Shown: positions 1 through 13,684 of the stretch, piece after piece | Numbering within the stretch: the first letter of the stretch is position 1 | How the letters are laid out: the number at the start of each line of letters is the position of its first letter | Notes under the pieces: generated by a model | Told to the model about the DNA's origin: nothing | Database searches by the model: none | The model's input: only the letters and a program-made list of their open reading frames with translations | NCBI RefSeq assembly: GCF_009914755.1 | Contig: NC_060944.1 | Source of the DNA: the human T2T-CHM13v2.0 reference genome, Homo sapiens | Reading direction: 5' to 3' (one strand) | DNA: 64,000 bases | Made by a program: the position numbers and the translations under genes

Positions 1-414
1 CTTGAAGTAGGGCTTCAGCTTCACTGGCACCCTGCAACACACCACTCTGCAGTCATCCTTATTCCTACTGTTCCCCCCATGCACTTTCATTCTCCAACTC
101 TCTCCACTGTCTCTGCCAAGGATTCTCCTTCCTTCCCACCTGATGACCTTCTTCAAGGTCCAGCTCAAGGCTCCACCTCCATTGCCACCCCTTCTGAGTC
201 TTTCCCCGACTCCCTCATGCACTTAAGTCAGTTTCTATCCTGAAGTCCTCAAACACTAAGACTCTAAAGCACATGTTCCTCCTCCTTGTGTTTTAAGACA
301 CTGTTTACATGTCTCAGTCCCTCAACTGAGGGAGAGTTCCCTGAGGGCCAAGACTGTCCTCTGTGTCACACTGCTTAGCATACACATGGCTTGGAACACA
401 TGGCTCAGTGACCC

Positions 415-507
415 TGAAAGAATGAAATCAATGGTAGGTGCACTGATTTAAAGAATGAAATCAATGGTAGGTGCACTGATTGAAAGAATGAAATCAATGG
501 CACTGAT
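415..507. repeat. 33-bp tandem repeat, about 2.8 copies
   Basis: AAAGAATGAAATCAATGG recurs at 417, 450 and 483. Confidence 0.9.
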
Positions 508-869
508 GCCATCAGGTTCATTAGCACCGCACATTTTCATCCTAGAGAAGAGTGGGGAACACTTACCAGGCTCCCACAAACCAGAGTGAATGCTACCCAT
601 GACCAGAGAGGCATTCTCCTGTAGAAGGTGAGTAACTCTTGTCCTCCCCTAACACCTATAGGTCACTTACACATGGCAGGGCTCCATCTCTGATCCCTTC
701 TGCACCTCTAGCCTGAATCCCTAGCTTGCTGGGCTGGGACCATTCCCCTGGAGCATTAAAAGAGCTTCCTAGTGCCTGACAAATGGCCTCTTCATTTCAT
801 ACAGTTGAGGTGAGGAATCTCCTGTTTTTGGCTGCTTGGATCTCCTTTCTCTTCTTCATGCTTCTCCAG

Positions 870-1395
870 GGATTCACACAGTGTACATGCTCCTGGGAAG
901 CATCACCCTCTAGTTCTGGAGGTGGGGCAGGTGCCTCAGGGTGACCTAATCACAAAATCTCATCCGCCGGTTATGGTGTGTACTTCAGGGAATGGCCTGT
1001 GACCATGAAGACCAGAATAGATTGAGAAAATGATTGAGAAAATATGTGAGCTAGAGTTTTTTGGGGGAAAAAAATCCTATCTTTTCCTAGTGAGCTATCA
1101 GAGAAAGACTTTCTTTCTCTGGGTCATGAGGCATGGGGTATGGATGTGAGGCCGGGAACTGCTATAGCTATTTTGCTACTAGGAGGGAAGCTTGCCAAAG
1201 ACAAAGCTGACGCACAACAGAAAATAAAGCTGTGATAAGTACAGAAAAATGGAGTTAGTCTGTTAATATACTGAGCTGCTGGAGCAAACCTTGCCTGAAT
1301 TCTCTCGGATTTTTCAGTTTTATGAGCCAATAAATTCCCTATACTGTGTTTACCATGTTGAGCTTTCTGTTTTTGCAACCAAAAACATCCTAAGT
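870..1395 (+). mobile_element. MLT1-type (ERVL-MaLR) LTR, old
   Basis: Ends with GAGCCAATAAATTCC...TTGCAACCAAAAACATCCTAA, typical of MLT1 LTR 3' ends. Confidence 0.55.
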
Positions 1396-1701
1396 ACTAC
1401 ATCCCAAGTGCTACCAGAGGAAAGAGAAGGGAACTCACACTGCATGCCTATGTGCCAGGCTGGGAGTTTTACATGTCTTATGTCATTCAGTCCTCATGGT
1501 TGTGAGGAAGACTTTATCATCACCCTCACTATACAGCTGAGAAAACAGTCTCTAAGAGGTGAAGACTTGTATTTTGTTTTATACTTTGTTCCTAAGATTA
1601 TTTTTATAACTCAGCTAAACAATGCCAATTTTTGCAGGACTACTCTAAAGAAAATGGATAGTGGGAGATTGCAAGACTCTGGGCAGGGAGTCACAGCTCA
1701 C

Positions 1702-1871
1702 CTCTGTTCTTTGTAGCTGTGGTTTCTTTGGATTTGCTTTTAGCCATCTCTTTGTGGTTCTCCGAAGGCAAGGAATTCCACCTCTTCTGAGCTGAAACAG
1801 GCACCAAGGGGATTGAGGGCAGCTTCAGGCGCCACTCAGGCCCAAGCGAGTCCATGAGAGCTCTGGTCATT
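1702..1871 (-). CDS. TOMM34: TOMM34 exon 4 (MTRALMDSLGPEWRLKLPSIPLVPVSAQKRWNSLPSENHKEMAKSKSKETTATKNR; inter-TPR linker); gene continues beyond left edge
   Basis: TTTTCCAG| acceptor, G|GTGAG donor, 170 nt, frame continuous. Confidence 0.96.
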
Positions 1872-2929
1872 CTGGAAAAGAAGGCAGGATTGCAGGGAGG
1901 TTTCCAGCTGGGTCAAGAAGATATTTCTCCTTTCACACACCCATGGGAGGTAGGCCTTTTCAGAAGAGCCAGAGCTGCCACCCTCCCCCTGGTCGGAACC
2001 ACCTCTTTAGCTCCTCCAACACGTGCAATACAGGAACCCATAAACACCATCTCAGATCAGTCCCCATGACATTCCTTGAGCTTGGTCAAACTATGTTACC
2101 TTTAAAGTGGTGATCTGTTGCTTGTTAAGGATACTTAAACCATGATCCAAAAAGACTATAGTTTCTCCAAGAAAGAATCATACATTTTGTTTCATATTTT
2201 ATCAATGAATCAAGTACACAACCATGCAAGCACCTGACATTTGTTTTAATGCTCAGGCTTTTTAAAAAATGCAAAGCTTATGTCATTCTCAAATCTTACA
2301 ACTCCTCAGGGGTTCCCAATTCCCTAGGCTAATGTGGCATGTGAGATCTGGTCCCCACCCCTTCCTGTCCCCCTTCACTGTGAGCCACATTCTCTTCTGA
2401 TCCTTCTGTTCAAGACTTTGCACATGCTTTTTCCTCTACCCAGAACAACCATTTTCATTTTGGAAAAAGATTGCCACCTTCCAGGCCCGGCTAACTCCAA
2501 CTTATTCTTTAGATTTCAGCTTAAAATGCCACCCAGAGACCAAGTTCATTCTGTCAACTGATCTCCAGCACCTGGTATGTCACCTAGCAACCACCAAGGC
2601 CCAATCAGTTATGTGTTGAATGAGTGAATAATGCTAACTGTATACTTTTTCTGCTCCTACAACCATGTTTCCTATATTACAAGAATAAAAACCACAGACT
2701 GTATCACTACAAATTCCAAGATGTCTCTGGCTAGGCTGTTTTCCTGGCGGCCAAGCTATTTCAAACCTCTGCTCTCCTCAAACCTGTTCCCTGGCCCTTC
2801 CCCTTTTTTAGAGCAAACTTCCTCATACCCCAAATACAAACCTACCTGCCTGGGTGCCCAATCCTTCCTATTTCTCTCCTGTCACAACAGAAGAGACAAT
2901 GGGACCAATCCACCCACCTAAGCTCTGGA

Positions 2930-4240
2930 TCCCATCTCCTCTTGCCTCTTTCAGGGACCACACCCAGGCAGCACCTCCCTCTCCCACATCTTCATCCTTC
3001 CTCTCTACTAACTCCAACCGTCAGCATTTAAGTCCCTTTAACTCTTTCCTCACCTAATAAAACCATACTGGACACCCCTTGCCATCACAGGTATACTCCC
3101 CAGCTTCTCTTCAAGCCTGACTTTCTGAAAGCATTGCCCTCTGGCTCCTGATCCCACTGACCAGCTTCCATCAGAGCCACCGGTGACTTCATTGCCAAAC
3201 CTTTAATGTAAGCTCCTTGGAACACCTGACACTAATGATGTCTCCATCTTTCTTGAAATACTCCTTCCCTTGGGACATCAATGCCCTGTTTCCTCCCACC
3301 TCTCTAGCTGCTGTTCCTCTGTAAGTCCCTCAAATGCTGGAGTTTCTCAAAGCTCCATCCTCTTCACACTAGCTGTGATGTTCTTTTTCTTTCTCACAGC
3401 CCTAATCCACCTCTGCGCTGATGACCCTCAAATCCTTATGTCTGGCCTGTATTTTCTTCCTTTGTTCCATGTAAATACCCAACCGTCCTACTTAGATCTC
3501 TAGTCTTATGTCCCACAGTCACCTCCGACTGAATGTCAATAATCTGAGTGTCTTCTTCTATTCCTCCCTTCTCGATACCCCGCAACCACTAAAGCTTGTT
3601 GATATACTTCCTACATGTCCCCTGACTGGTCCCATTGTTTTCTCTCCACCCTCTCCCCTGGATTGCTGCATGACTCCTTTCTATTCTGTTGCCCTTCCTA
3701 TCATCCCTCAACATGGCAGCAAAGAGCTTTTCTCTAAAATACAAATCTGCTCATGTTGCTCCACTGCTAAAGACCTTTTCATAAAGGCTGACTTGCTCAG
3801 GATTAAGTCCAAGCCCTGAACCCTGGGTCTTGTGTGACTTGGCCTCACCAACCTGTCCCAAGCTGAGCTCCTGCCTGCAGCACCATGTGAAACCGACTTC
3901 TTACAATTCCTGTGATCTGTCACACTTGCTCACCTTTGCACACGCTGCTCTGTCTTCTGGCTAACCCCCTACCCCATATCTCTCATTCTTAGCTCACCTC
4001 CTCTGAAAAGCTCTCTCTGGCCTCCCCCTCTCCCTCTCAGCTAGCTAGGTGGCTCCTTTCTGGCCTCAGAGCCCCCTGTGCTGCCTCCTACCATGGCGCT
4101 TATCATGTTGTATTGTGCTTGCCTATTACTGACTGGTGTCTTCCTTGAGACCGGGACCTCTATGACGGCAGGAAGAGGTATGTCTCAGTCATCAGCCCAG
4201 GTCCTAGAGCAAAGTCTGTCACATAATTGGTAGATTTTGT
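2930..4240 (+). mobile_element. L2 LINE fragments (degenerate); orientation tentative
   Basis: CT-rich degenerate sequence with L2 3'-region-like motifs. Confidence 0.5.
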
Positions 4241-4937
4241 GGAATCAGATAAGTTAAAAAGGAGGCAAAGAGAAAACAAAGAATGCTGGCAGACAAGTCA
4301 AGCCAGAAATAAAGCACTAAATACATACCATGAAGTCCCTGTTAAGGGTTTGCTATTAGTGCAGTGTTTGGCTTTCTAGCCGCACACGCAGAGGGGAAAC
4401 ATGATCAGTTATACAAATGACAATATCCATGAGATAAAAGCCAATAACTGCTCAGAGACCAGAAAGGAATTGCACCTGGGGAACCTCTTGGATTGGTCAC
4501 AGTGCAATATACTGAACCATGTCCACAAACCATATCCTTTTAGGCTTGTCATAGCTGCTTGGGCTTGTGTCTTATTCTTCTAATTAGCGTTAGCGCTTTG
4601 AAGGTAAGTGGGGTCTGTATCTCTTTCTCATTTTGGTATCCCCCACTGAACCGGGCACAACACCTTAAACAGTGTACAATAAATATTACTGTGTACATAG
4701 ATACTGTGAGGCACATGTAGGCAAATATCAATCAATCAATCTTAGTAATTGACTCCCTGAAAACCTGCTAAATAAAAAAGCAGATTTTCCTTTCTCAGCT
4801 TCCCCTACATGCCCATCGGGAGTTTTTTAAGTGTAGCCAAAGGGATCCCCTCAGAAGACAGACAAGGCAATGGCCCGCAGCCAATCAAGAAGGACAGGGA
4901 GTTGCCGTGGAGACCACCTGCTGGGAATGGAGCTCAC

Positions 4938-5090
4938 CTGTTGATGCCTTCTACGGCTGACGTCACATTATCATCAATCTGCAGCACAGTCTTATAGTCA
5001 ACATAGGCCATAGGGTACTTCTCCAGAGCCTCATAAGCAGATGCTCGCCGCAGCAGGGGCTTAATGCTGAAGGGAACCAAGGCCAGTGCT
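4938..5090 (-). CDS. TOMM34: TOMM34 exon 3 (ALALVPFSIKPLLRRASAYEALEKYPMAYVDYKTVLQIDDNVTSAVEGINR)
   Basis: TTCTAG| acceptor, AG|GTGAG donor, 153 nt, frame continuous; TPR repeat with RRAS motif. Confidence 0.97.
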
Positions 5091-6255
5091 CTAGAATAGG
5101 AGGCAAAAATGTCAACTGGCTGGCTGCTGAGCCACCAGGGTTTCCCTACAGTTTCTTCCAGGCAGGGTTATCTGGAGCACTCAGCGTACAGGAAGTAATT
5201 TCTGGCCGAGAGACATGGCTAAAAACGCCAAACCTCAGAACAGGGATTTTTCAACGTAGACTGAAGTGAGGAGGAGAAAGAAGGCAGAGAAACATGAATT
5301 TTGTTAAATGTGTGTGCACATGCATCAATTTTCATAGTTTCAGTTCCCCCAAAATCAAGAACAAAAGCCTCATGGCTTTCATGCTACTATGTTTTTTTAC
5401 AGTTGTGGTCTAGTGGGAATAACAAACAAGCTTTGGAGTCAGATGGGGTGGTGTCTGAATTCCACCTCTGCTGCTAACTATGTGACCCAGGTAAATCACT
5501 TTACTGCCCCAACCCTCAGCAACCAAGTTCTGGCCTGGGACACATGGTAACCGTACCCCACAGATTGGTTGTGAACACTCAAAGAGGGAAATCTGGCACA
5601 AGGCATGGCACAAATTAATTCAGCACAGGCTCTGTGAGTATGCTCACACCCCTCCTGCTCTCCTGGCTATCACCAGGGCAGGAATCTAAAGCAATGTCAG
5701 AGGACATCAGATCTGAGAACACATTTCAGGTAAATGTGAGAGTTTAATGATGATAAAAGAATATTAGACTGGCTTGAAGAAAAAGAGATATGAAACATTG
5801 TTCAGTGTCCTCTAAAACTGGTCATTCATGAATACCATTTTTTTCCTTTCTCCTTCTGAGACAATCTATTAACCTCTATTCCTCCTTCTTTCCTTCGCTC
5901 CCTTCCCCTCACATACTCCCATCCCAGAAAAGCACCTGGGCAAGCCAGTTACTGGTCTGCCACTCCACCTTATTCCCAGGTTTCAAATTGCACAAAGACT
6001 TTACGGCCTGCTTCTAACTGCCCATCCCACTCCTTTTTCGGCAGCAGAGCCAAGACTCCAAAGATGCAAGTCACGGGCCATAAGGACCAAATAAAGACTC
6101 CCATTCTCAGTGACCTGGTGAAACTCAGTGACACTTTCTTAATATCTGTCCCAGATGTAATTGATGGGATCCTTCCAAAGAAGAAACAAGCCAGATTAAC
6201 CCAGCCTCCTCTTCTGAGACCCTCAGGCATCCCAAAATTACCCTTGGCCACTTAC

Positions 6256-6355
6256 GAAGTGCAATCTTTGATGCAGTCTCTGCAGTTTCCATCCTTCAAG
6301 TGACATGCTGCTCGGTTGGAGTAGAGAACACTTTCTTCTTCTGGGTCTGAAGAAC
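6256..6355 (-). CDS. TOMM34: TOMM34 exon 2 (GSSDPEEESVLYSNRAACHLKDGNCRDCIKDCTS)
   Basis: GGCAG| acceptor, TC|GTAAG donor, 100 nt, in frame with exon 1; TPR motif YSNRAAC. Confidence 0.97.
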
Positions 6356-7061
6356 CTGCCCAGATAGAGTGGGGAAGATGATCAGTTTGGAAAATGGGTG
6401 CCTCAGGGCATTAGGATACATTTCAAACTCAGAGCTCTTTGGGCCTTGTGTTAAGGCAGTAGAGATAACTATAACCTGTTCAGGCTTGTTGGTCTGCTGG
6501 GCTGGCGTGTTTGTCATTCTTATGTGACAGAAGGACACTGCGCTTTTTGCCATTCAAAGGGAACCAAGTATTTCCTCATTCACTCATTCCAGCACTGAAC
6601 TTGATAACAGACAAAAGATAAACAAGAAATAGCTAGCTTCTGCCTCAAAGAAATCCATGCTGTAACTACTTGGGTTTGGGTGGATAAATGGATGGATAGG
6701 TGTGTATTTTATTACAAAAAGCATTTAAATCCAAGAAAGAAAGAAAAAAAAAAAAAGAAAAGAAAGGGAGGGAGGGAGGGAACAAGATGATAAACGTATG
6801 ATAAATGGATTGACCAAAAGTTGTAGGGGCACAAAACACCCATGAAAGACATGAGACTAGTTTTACCTGGTCAAGCCAGGGAGGACTTTGTCAGGGAAAT
6901 GATAATTGAGCTGGGTGTGATGGGAGTACAGAGAACTTAATCAGGAAAAAGTCTTAAGCTACCCCATGGGGAGAATTATTAGACATTCTTCTAAGGCAGT
7001 CCTTACCCTCAGGAATCGCAGAGGCTCAAGTCCTTCACTGTGGCCACCATGATCTTTATTT

Positions 7062-7392
<331 letters not shown>

Positions 7393-7515
7393 TAGTGTCG
7401 GCCATTATTTTAAAAAGAATTGAAAACAGGGTCTCTTTTTGAAAATTTTGAAACATACAGAAGACCATTATCTCAGAATCCACCACTAGATTTAGCACGT
7501 TATATTAGTTCCCAA

Positions 7516-7834
<319 letters not shown>

Positions 7835-7944
7835 TAAAACTCCAGCCATCCCCATCCTTATCCCTGTGCTCCCTCCCCAGACTCACAGAGGCCAGTACAA
7901 TCCTGAAGTTGGTATGTAACATTTTCAAGCATGTTCTACATTTA

Positions 7945-8022
7945 CATATATATGTATATATGTATATGTATATATGTATACATGTACATGTATATATATG
8001 TATATGTATATATATGTATATG

Positions 8023-8054
<32 letters not shown>
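7945..8054. repeat. (TATATG)n/(TG)n compound microsatellite
   Basis: Seen directly. Confidence 0.95.
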
Positions 8055-8055
<1 letters not shown>

Positions 8056-9949
8056 TAACAGGAAAGATACCATTTTATGTCTATTAAAGCATTTCCTAAG
8101 AGGCATCATATTGCCTATCCTTCTGCAACTTACTTTTTTCACTCAGTATCCTGTTGCCATGTTGATATTTGATATCTTTCATTCAATACCAACAATAACA
8201 AGCGTTTTCCCCTCTTGTTTTGCCAGGCCCAGAGACGGAAAGTACAAAGACTAGTAAAATACATCCTTGCCCTTAAGGAGCTAAGTACCCAAAACCTGTA
8301 ATCCATCTTGAGTCACCAGAGTACGGTTGCTCAGAAACAGCAGTGGTGCGGTGGAAAGGGCATCAACCCTGCGATCCGGACAAGTCACTCCATCCCTCTG
8401 ATCATGCGTGCCCACCTACCACATGAGGATATCACTTCATAGACTTGCTGGAAGGGTTCATTGTGTTAGCCTGTTCCCTGAGCTCTCTTCGTGATCAAGA
8501 AGACTGATCAGATAAATCAAGAGACTTGCCCAAAATTACCTAGGAAATCTGTAGCAGCAGCAGAACCAAACTCCGGTCCTTGCTAAATCTAGATACCAGG
8601 CTAGCTTTTCTATGGACCCAGAATTAACCCATACAAATGTACAAGCTTTTCCAGACCAGCTGGGGTGAGATGAATGAAAATGGCAGCAACATCAATACCT
8701 CAGCTTCTTCAGCAACTTCATCAAGTAAGGCTGCCATGAGGAAGTGGGCCTAAAGGAGAGTTTTCTAGAACAAAGAAGGGGGCAAAGGAGTGGCTTGAAA
8801 CTGCAAAAAGTGCAGACAAAAAAAAAAAAAAAAGAATGAAATCTGGAGAGGATGTGAGGAGAGGTCTAGCAAAATGATTAAAAATTTGGACTTAGCATCA
8901 AAGTCAAACAGATCCATATTCAAATCGTGGCTCTTCCATGTCTTCACTATGTAACCCCGAGGGAGCCAATTTAACTCTCTTGGACTCCTCCTTTCTAAGC
9001 ATTTTATCCACAGGGCCATAATAAAGATCAAAGGAGATCGTGTCTAAAATGTCTAGCACATGGTAAATCACTCAAGAGATGCTAGCCAAGAAAAGGAAAA
9101 AAAGGAAGGCGGCAAAGGGAAATAGGTACTGAACGGTGACTCACAGAAACCAGGATCCAAGGCTCCTTTCAAAAGTCAAGGCTTTAACCAATGAGGGTTT
9201 CTGATTAAGTCACCCTGGAGAAGGGGCTTTGGGCAAAGGTCTGCGGTATGCTGACGAAAGCTGGACGCTGGGAGAACTGGTAAGAATATGCTATTTTTCT
9301 GTTTCAAACTCTCCAGTAGCTTCCCATCCAGCAGCTTTCATGCCAAGCTTCCAGTTTGGCATGAAATCCGAACTCCTTAGCAGAGTTTACAACACCTCCA
9401 CAATAAATAAGGGTCTGCCTTCCTAACTGACCTCATGTCTTCCTATTCCCTGCCCTGGCTCACTATGCTTTGACCCCTGAAACACACCATGTTTATATCG
9501 TCTTGGAGGGGGGGCCTTTCTCATTGCAGTTCACTTCAGGACCGAAAACCTTGTGCGCTTGGCTTCTCATCATTTAGACATCACCTCAAATATCACTTCT
9601 TTACAGATGTTGCCCTTGATCTCCCACTCCAGTCAACTCTATCACATCACCCTATTTGTCTTCTTCCTAACCCTGATTATCCCACAGGTCTCGTTTACTT
9701 ACTGACTCGCTTAAGACTCACGTCCTCCCCACCGCCCCCACAAGAATGCGCTGTCCTTGAGAGAAGGGACTTTTTGTGTCTTGTTACACAGGCGGTATAT
9801 AACAGCTACTCAACAAATACTAACTGAAAAATGAATTGCTGCGGGGGAGGAGGGTTTAGCTTTCTTCTCAGGGCTCAGAACGAGGCCTAAATAACTTAGG
9901 ATGGGGGCCAACAGGGCAGTTAACAAGCAGGTGGAAAGAAAGGGCCGAG

Positions 9950-10500
9950 GAAGTTTCTGGTAGGATGCCGGAGTCGGAAGGGGCTGGAAGGGTGGGAGGG
10001 CCGGGCAGGACTGCTGGCCGCCGCGCGAGGCCCGGGCGGTGGTTGCGGGGGTTGGAGGAGCAGGCCCGGAGGTGAGATGGGGGCCGGGGTCGTACCTTGC
10101 GCCTGCAGCACCCGCAGCGCGCGGCCGTAGAGCGCGGAGGCCTCGGCGTACTGGCCGTTGCGGAAACTCTCATTGCCGGCGGCGCGGAGCTCCTCCACAG
10201 AGTCTGGGAATTTGGGGGCCATCCCGTGGCCAGGCCGGCGAGTTGGGAGCTCCTTCCTTCCTCCCCCGTGTGGTGCGGCACACCTTCCGGGCGCAAGCGC
10301 CGGCGGCGAATATCTCCGCCCAACAGCGAACCCGCGGCGAGGGGGCGGGGCCTGCGAGACCTGGAGGCCCGGAGCGTCCCGCCCTCTGCGCGTGCTCGGT
10401 TTGGAACTTAGGCTCCCTTGCACGCGGGGCGGCAGCATGCTCTGGGCTCCCTGAGTTGCTAGAACGCCGTGGATGACGCAGGGAAGGAGGCTGGCCCCGC
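9950..10500 (-). promoter_or_regulatory. TOMM34: TOMM34 CpG island/promoter with NRF-1-like (GGCGCAAGCGCC 10290-10301; TGCGCGTGC 10387-10395), ETS (CTTCCGG 10284-10290) and GC-box sites
   Basis: High CpG density around exon 1; motifs read directly from sequence, typical of nuclear-encoded mitochondrial gene promoters. Confidence 0.8.
10096..10222 (-). CDS. TOMM34: TOMM34 coding exon 1 (MAPKFPDSVEELRAAGNESFRNGQYAEASALYGRALRVLQAQ; start of TPR1 domain)
   Basis: Translation matches TOMM34 N-terminus; ATG = cat 10220-10222; donor CAAG|GTACG; 127 nt, phase 1; in CpG island. Confidence 0.97.
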
Positions 10501-10827
10501 TATCAGGGAGATTATGTCCTAGTGGGGTCCCCACAGGCAATTAACTGATAAGCAAACGAAGACTCTAATTTCATGTGATTAGTGCTGTAAGGAAAACAAA
10601 ACAGGATAATGCAATGGAAAGTGACCACGTGTGGGCTATTTTAAATAAGGGGATGAAGGAAGGCCTTTCTCAGGGGGTAATAGTTGAGCTGAGACCAGAC
10701 AAGATTTAGGGAATGCTGTTCCAGCCAGAGGGATGGTAAGTGCAAAGGTTCCAAGGCTAGAAAGTACCTGGTACCTAGTGCTCTATAGATATTTATTTAA
10801 TAAATTAATGCACAGGTGGATTGATGG

Positions 10828-11290
10828 TGTCAAAGTCAACATATAGAGATGAATCTCTAAAGTTTAAATATTTTATTTGGGAATCAAGAATTGCAATTCA
10901 GGGCTTACACACAGACCAGGTTGTCTTTGGTATGTCAGAAGAACAAAGAGAAGGTTTGGAGATTTTTATAAAACAGAAATGTTACATATTGCTCTTCAAG
11001 GAAGTTTACAGGCACTAGTAAAGTGGGGGTTTATCAGCTTCTTGGGGAGCTGGCAAGCTTTGATTGGTAAGTGATAGTGGTGGATAAAACTCAGAATTGT
11101 AGCAGGCTGTTTCAGTAGCTATTAGATAAAACTGGTTTTAGGTTACAGCAGGCAGTTTTAGCAGCCAGGCTTGCAAAAAATTACTTTTTTGGAGCAATGT
11201 TATATGCCCTGAGTATTTGTTCCCCTGGCTTTTCAATTCTGTCTTAGTTGGATATGACAAGAATGACCCAATTCGTATGATCAGCTTTCA
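10828..11290 (-). mobile_element. Solo ERV1-class LTR (MER67-like)
   Basis: Minus strand begins TGAAAGCTGATCATACGAATTGGGTCATTCTTGTC and ends TTGACTTTGACA (TG...CA termini); family from memory. Confidence 0.6.
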
Positions 11291-12106
11291 GAATGGATGA
11301 AGATCTTTCACAGAGTGTGACTTCAATTTATCTCCAGCCTCATCTGACGACTCTATGTCCCACGCATTGCTATCTACACACACTAAATTCTTGCTTCCTA
11401 GCCTTTGCTTGTTATCTCCTTCTCCTGGATTTTTTTTTCTAAATACTTTTTCTCCTGCCTAATCCTGAATTAACTTATAACATTCCATTCAAACATCATC
11501 TTCTCTGAAAGCCTTTCCTGCTTCCAGCCCCCTCCCCACCCCCCACTATGCTCCCTTTGCTCCCTATTGGTCTCTAGCTTTATCCCTAACTTTGCATTAG
11601 TCACCCTTTGATTGCCAGTTTGTAGTTTTCCTTAAACACTGCGAGGTCTTTAATGGCAGGAAGTGGGTCCTTTTTATCTTTGTTTATCCAAGACCCTAAT
11701 AGGGTCTGGCATCCAATAAAAGTCATTGATTGATAAAGATCTAGTCTCTACCTTCAGGAATTCAGTTATAATGATCTGCATACACTTAACTCCACCAGAC
11801 TATAAGCTTTCTGAGGGCTGGATGGCTGTTCCATCTGAAATGCTTCCCCTTGCCCTCTGCCCCGACCAAGGATGAACACTGACTGTGGTGGGAAAACCAG
11901 ATGAGGCCCATGCTGCTGGCTGGCTACTCAGTGACTTCCATCTTTGCTTCCAGGAGCCTGAATTTTGCCTGAGACTCTCCCAGCCTGGGGAAGTGAATCA
12001 GGATTGCTCTAAGCCAATTAGAAAAATGTCATTTTCTCTTGCCAGTGATTCATCAAGGGATGCACATGTGATGCTGATCTGGGCAATGAGATAAAAGGGA
12101 GTCTGA

Positions 12107-12663
<557 letters not shown>

Positions 12664-12681
12664 TTATTAATAAACAATAAA

Positions 12682-12960
12682 GGCAAGGTGTGGTGGCTCA
12701 CAGCTGTAATCCCAGCTCTTTGGGAGGCCGAGGTGGACGGATCACTTGAAGTCAGGAGTTTGAGACCAACCTGGCCAACATGGTGAAACCCCATCTCTAC
12801 TAAAAATACAAACAGTAGCTGGGCGTGGTGGCATGCGCCTGTAATCCCAGCTACTCAGGAGGCTGAGGCAGGAGAATTGCTTGAATCCAGTGAGCCCAGA
12901 TCACTGGGCTGCTGTGGTCCATCCTGGGCAATACGGCGAGACTCTGTCTCAAAACAAACA
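12682..12960 (+). mobile_element. AluS with rearranged right arm
   Basis: Alu consensus with a deletion/inversion near 12885-12915. Confidence 0.9.
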
Positions 12961-13684
12961 GTAAATGCCATGGTGCTTTAAGCCAACATTTAGATGTTTT
13001 CACTTGCTTGCAGCTGAATATTTCCTGAGTGGTTTATCGGATAAGTGTAGCTGTGGCAAATTTTATTTTCCAAAAATGGCCCCAATAATATTTCTGGTTC
13101 CCCAAGCTCTTCCAGACCCTTGCCACTGCCCTATGAGGAGGTGGAGTCTACATCCCTTCTCCTTGAAACTGGGTGGGCCTTTGTGGCCCCCCTCCACAGT
13201 GGTAATGACATTAAGTATCTTCCACTAAAAGGCACTGCAGCATCCCACTTGGCTCTCCCTCGGGAACATGCTTTAGAACCCAGGCTTTATTTTGTGAGGA
13301 AGCTCAAGAAAAATGGAGACGCCCCTAGCCTTCAGACCCAAGTGAGCTTCCAGCCAACAGCTAGCACCAACCTGTCAGCTGTGTGAAATGCCTTTTGGAC
13401 AGGGCTGATTGATCCTGATTGACACCATAAACAGAGATGAGCCTTCCTGCTGAGCCATGCTCAAATTGTAGATTTCTGAGAAGAAAAAAAGACTGTTGTT
13501 CTATGCCTATAAACTTTGGGGTGGTTTCTTACACAGCAGTCAATACCTGGAAATCCCTTCCTGCAGTGCTTCCTATAAATGCCAGGACTGATAAAAACAG
13601 TACTGAAATAATTTGAAGGAGGGACAGATGAGAGGGTCAGGGGAGGGACAAGGGAACAGAGAAGTCTTCTGGGAAGAGGTGTCT

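Noticed and set aside
7931-8254. YI/HT-repeat ORFs here and at 38063-38501
   Set aside because: Translations of TA/TG microsatellites.
9868-10540. Overlapping long ORFs (151, 206, 145 aa) at TOMM34 exon 1
   Set aside because: GC-rich CpG-island sequence is depleted of stops. Only 10096-10222 is supported by splice sites and protein identity.
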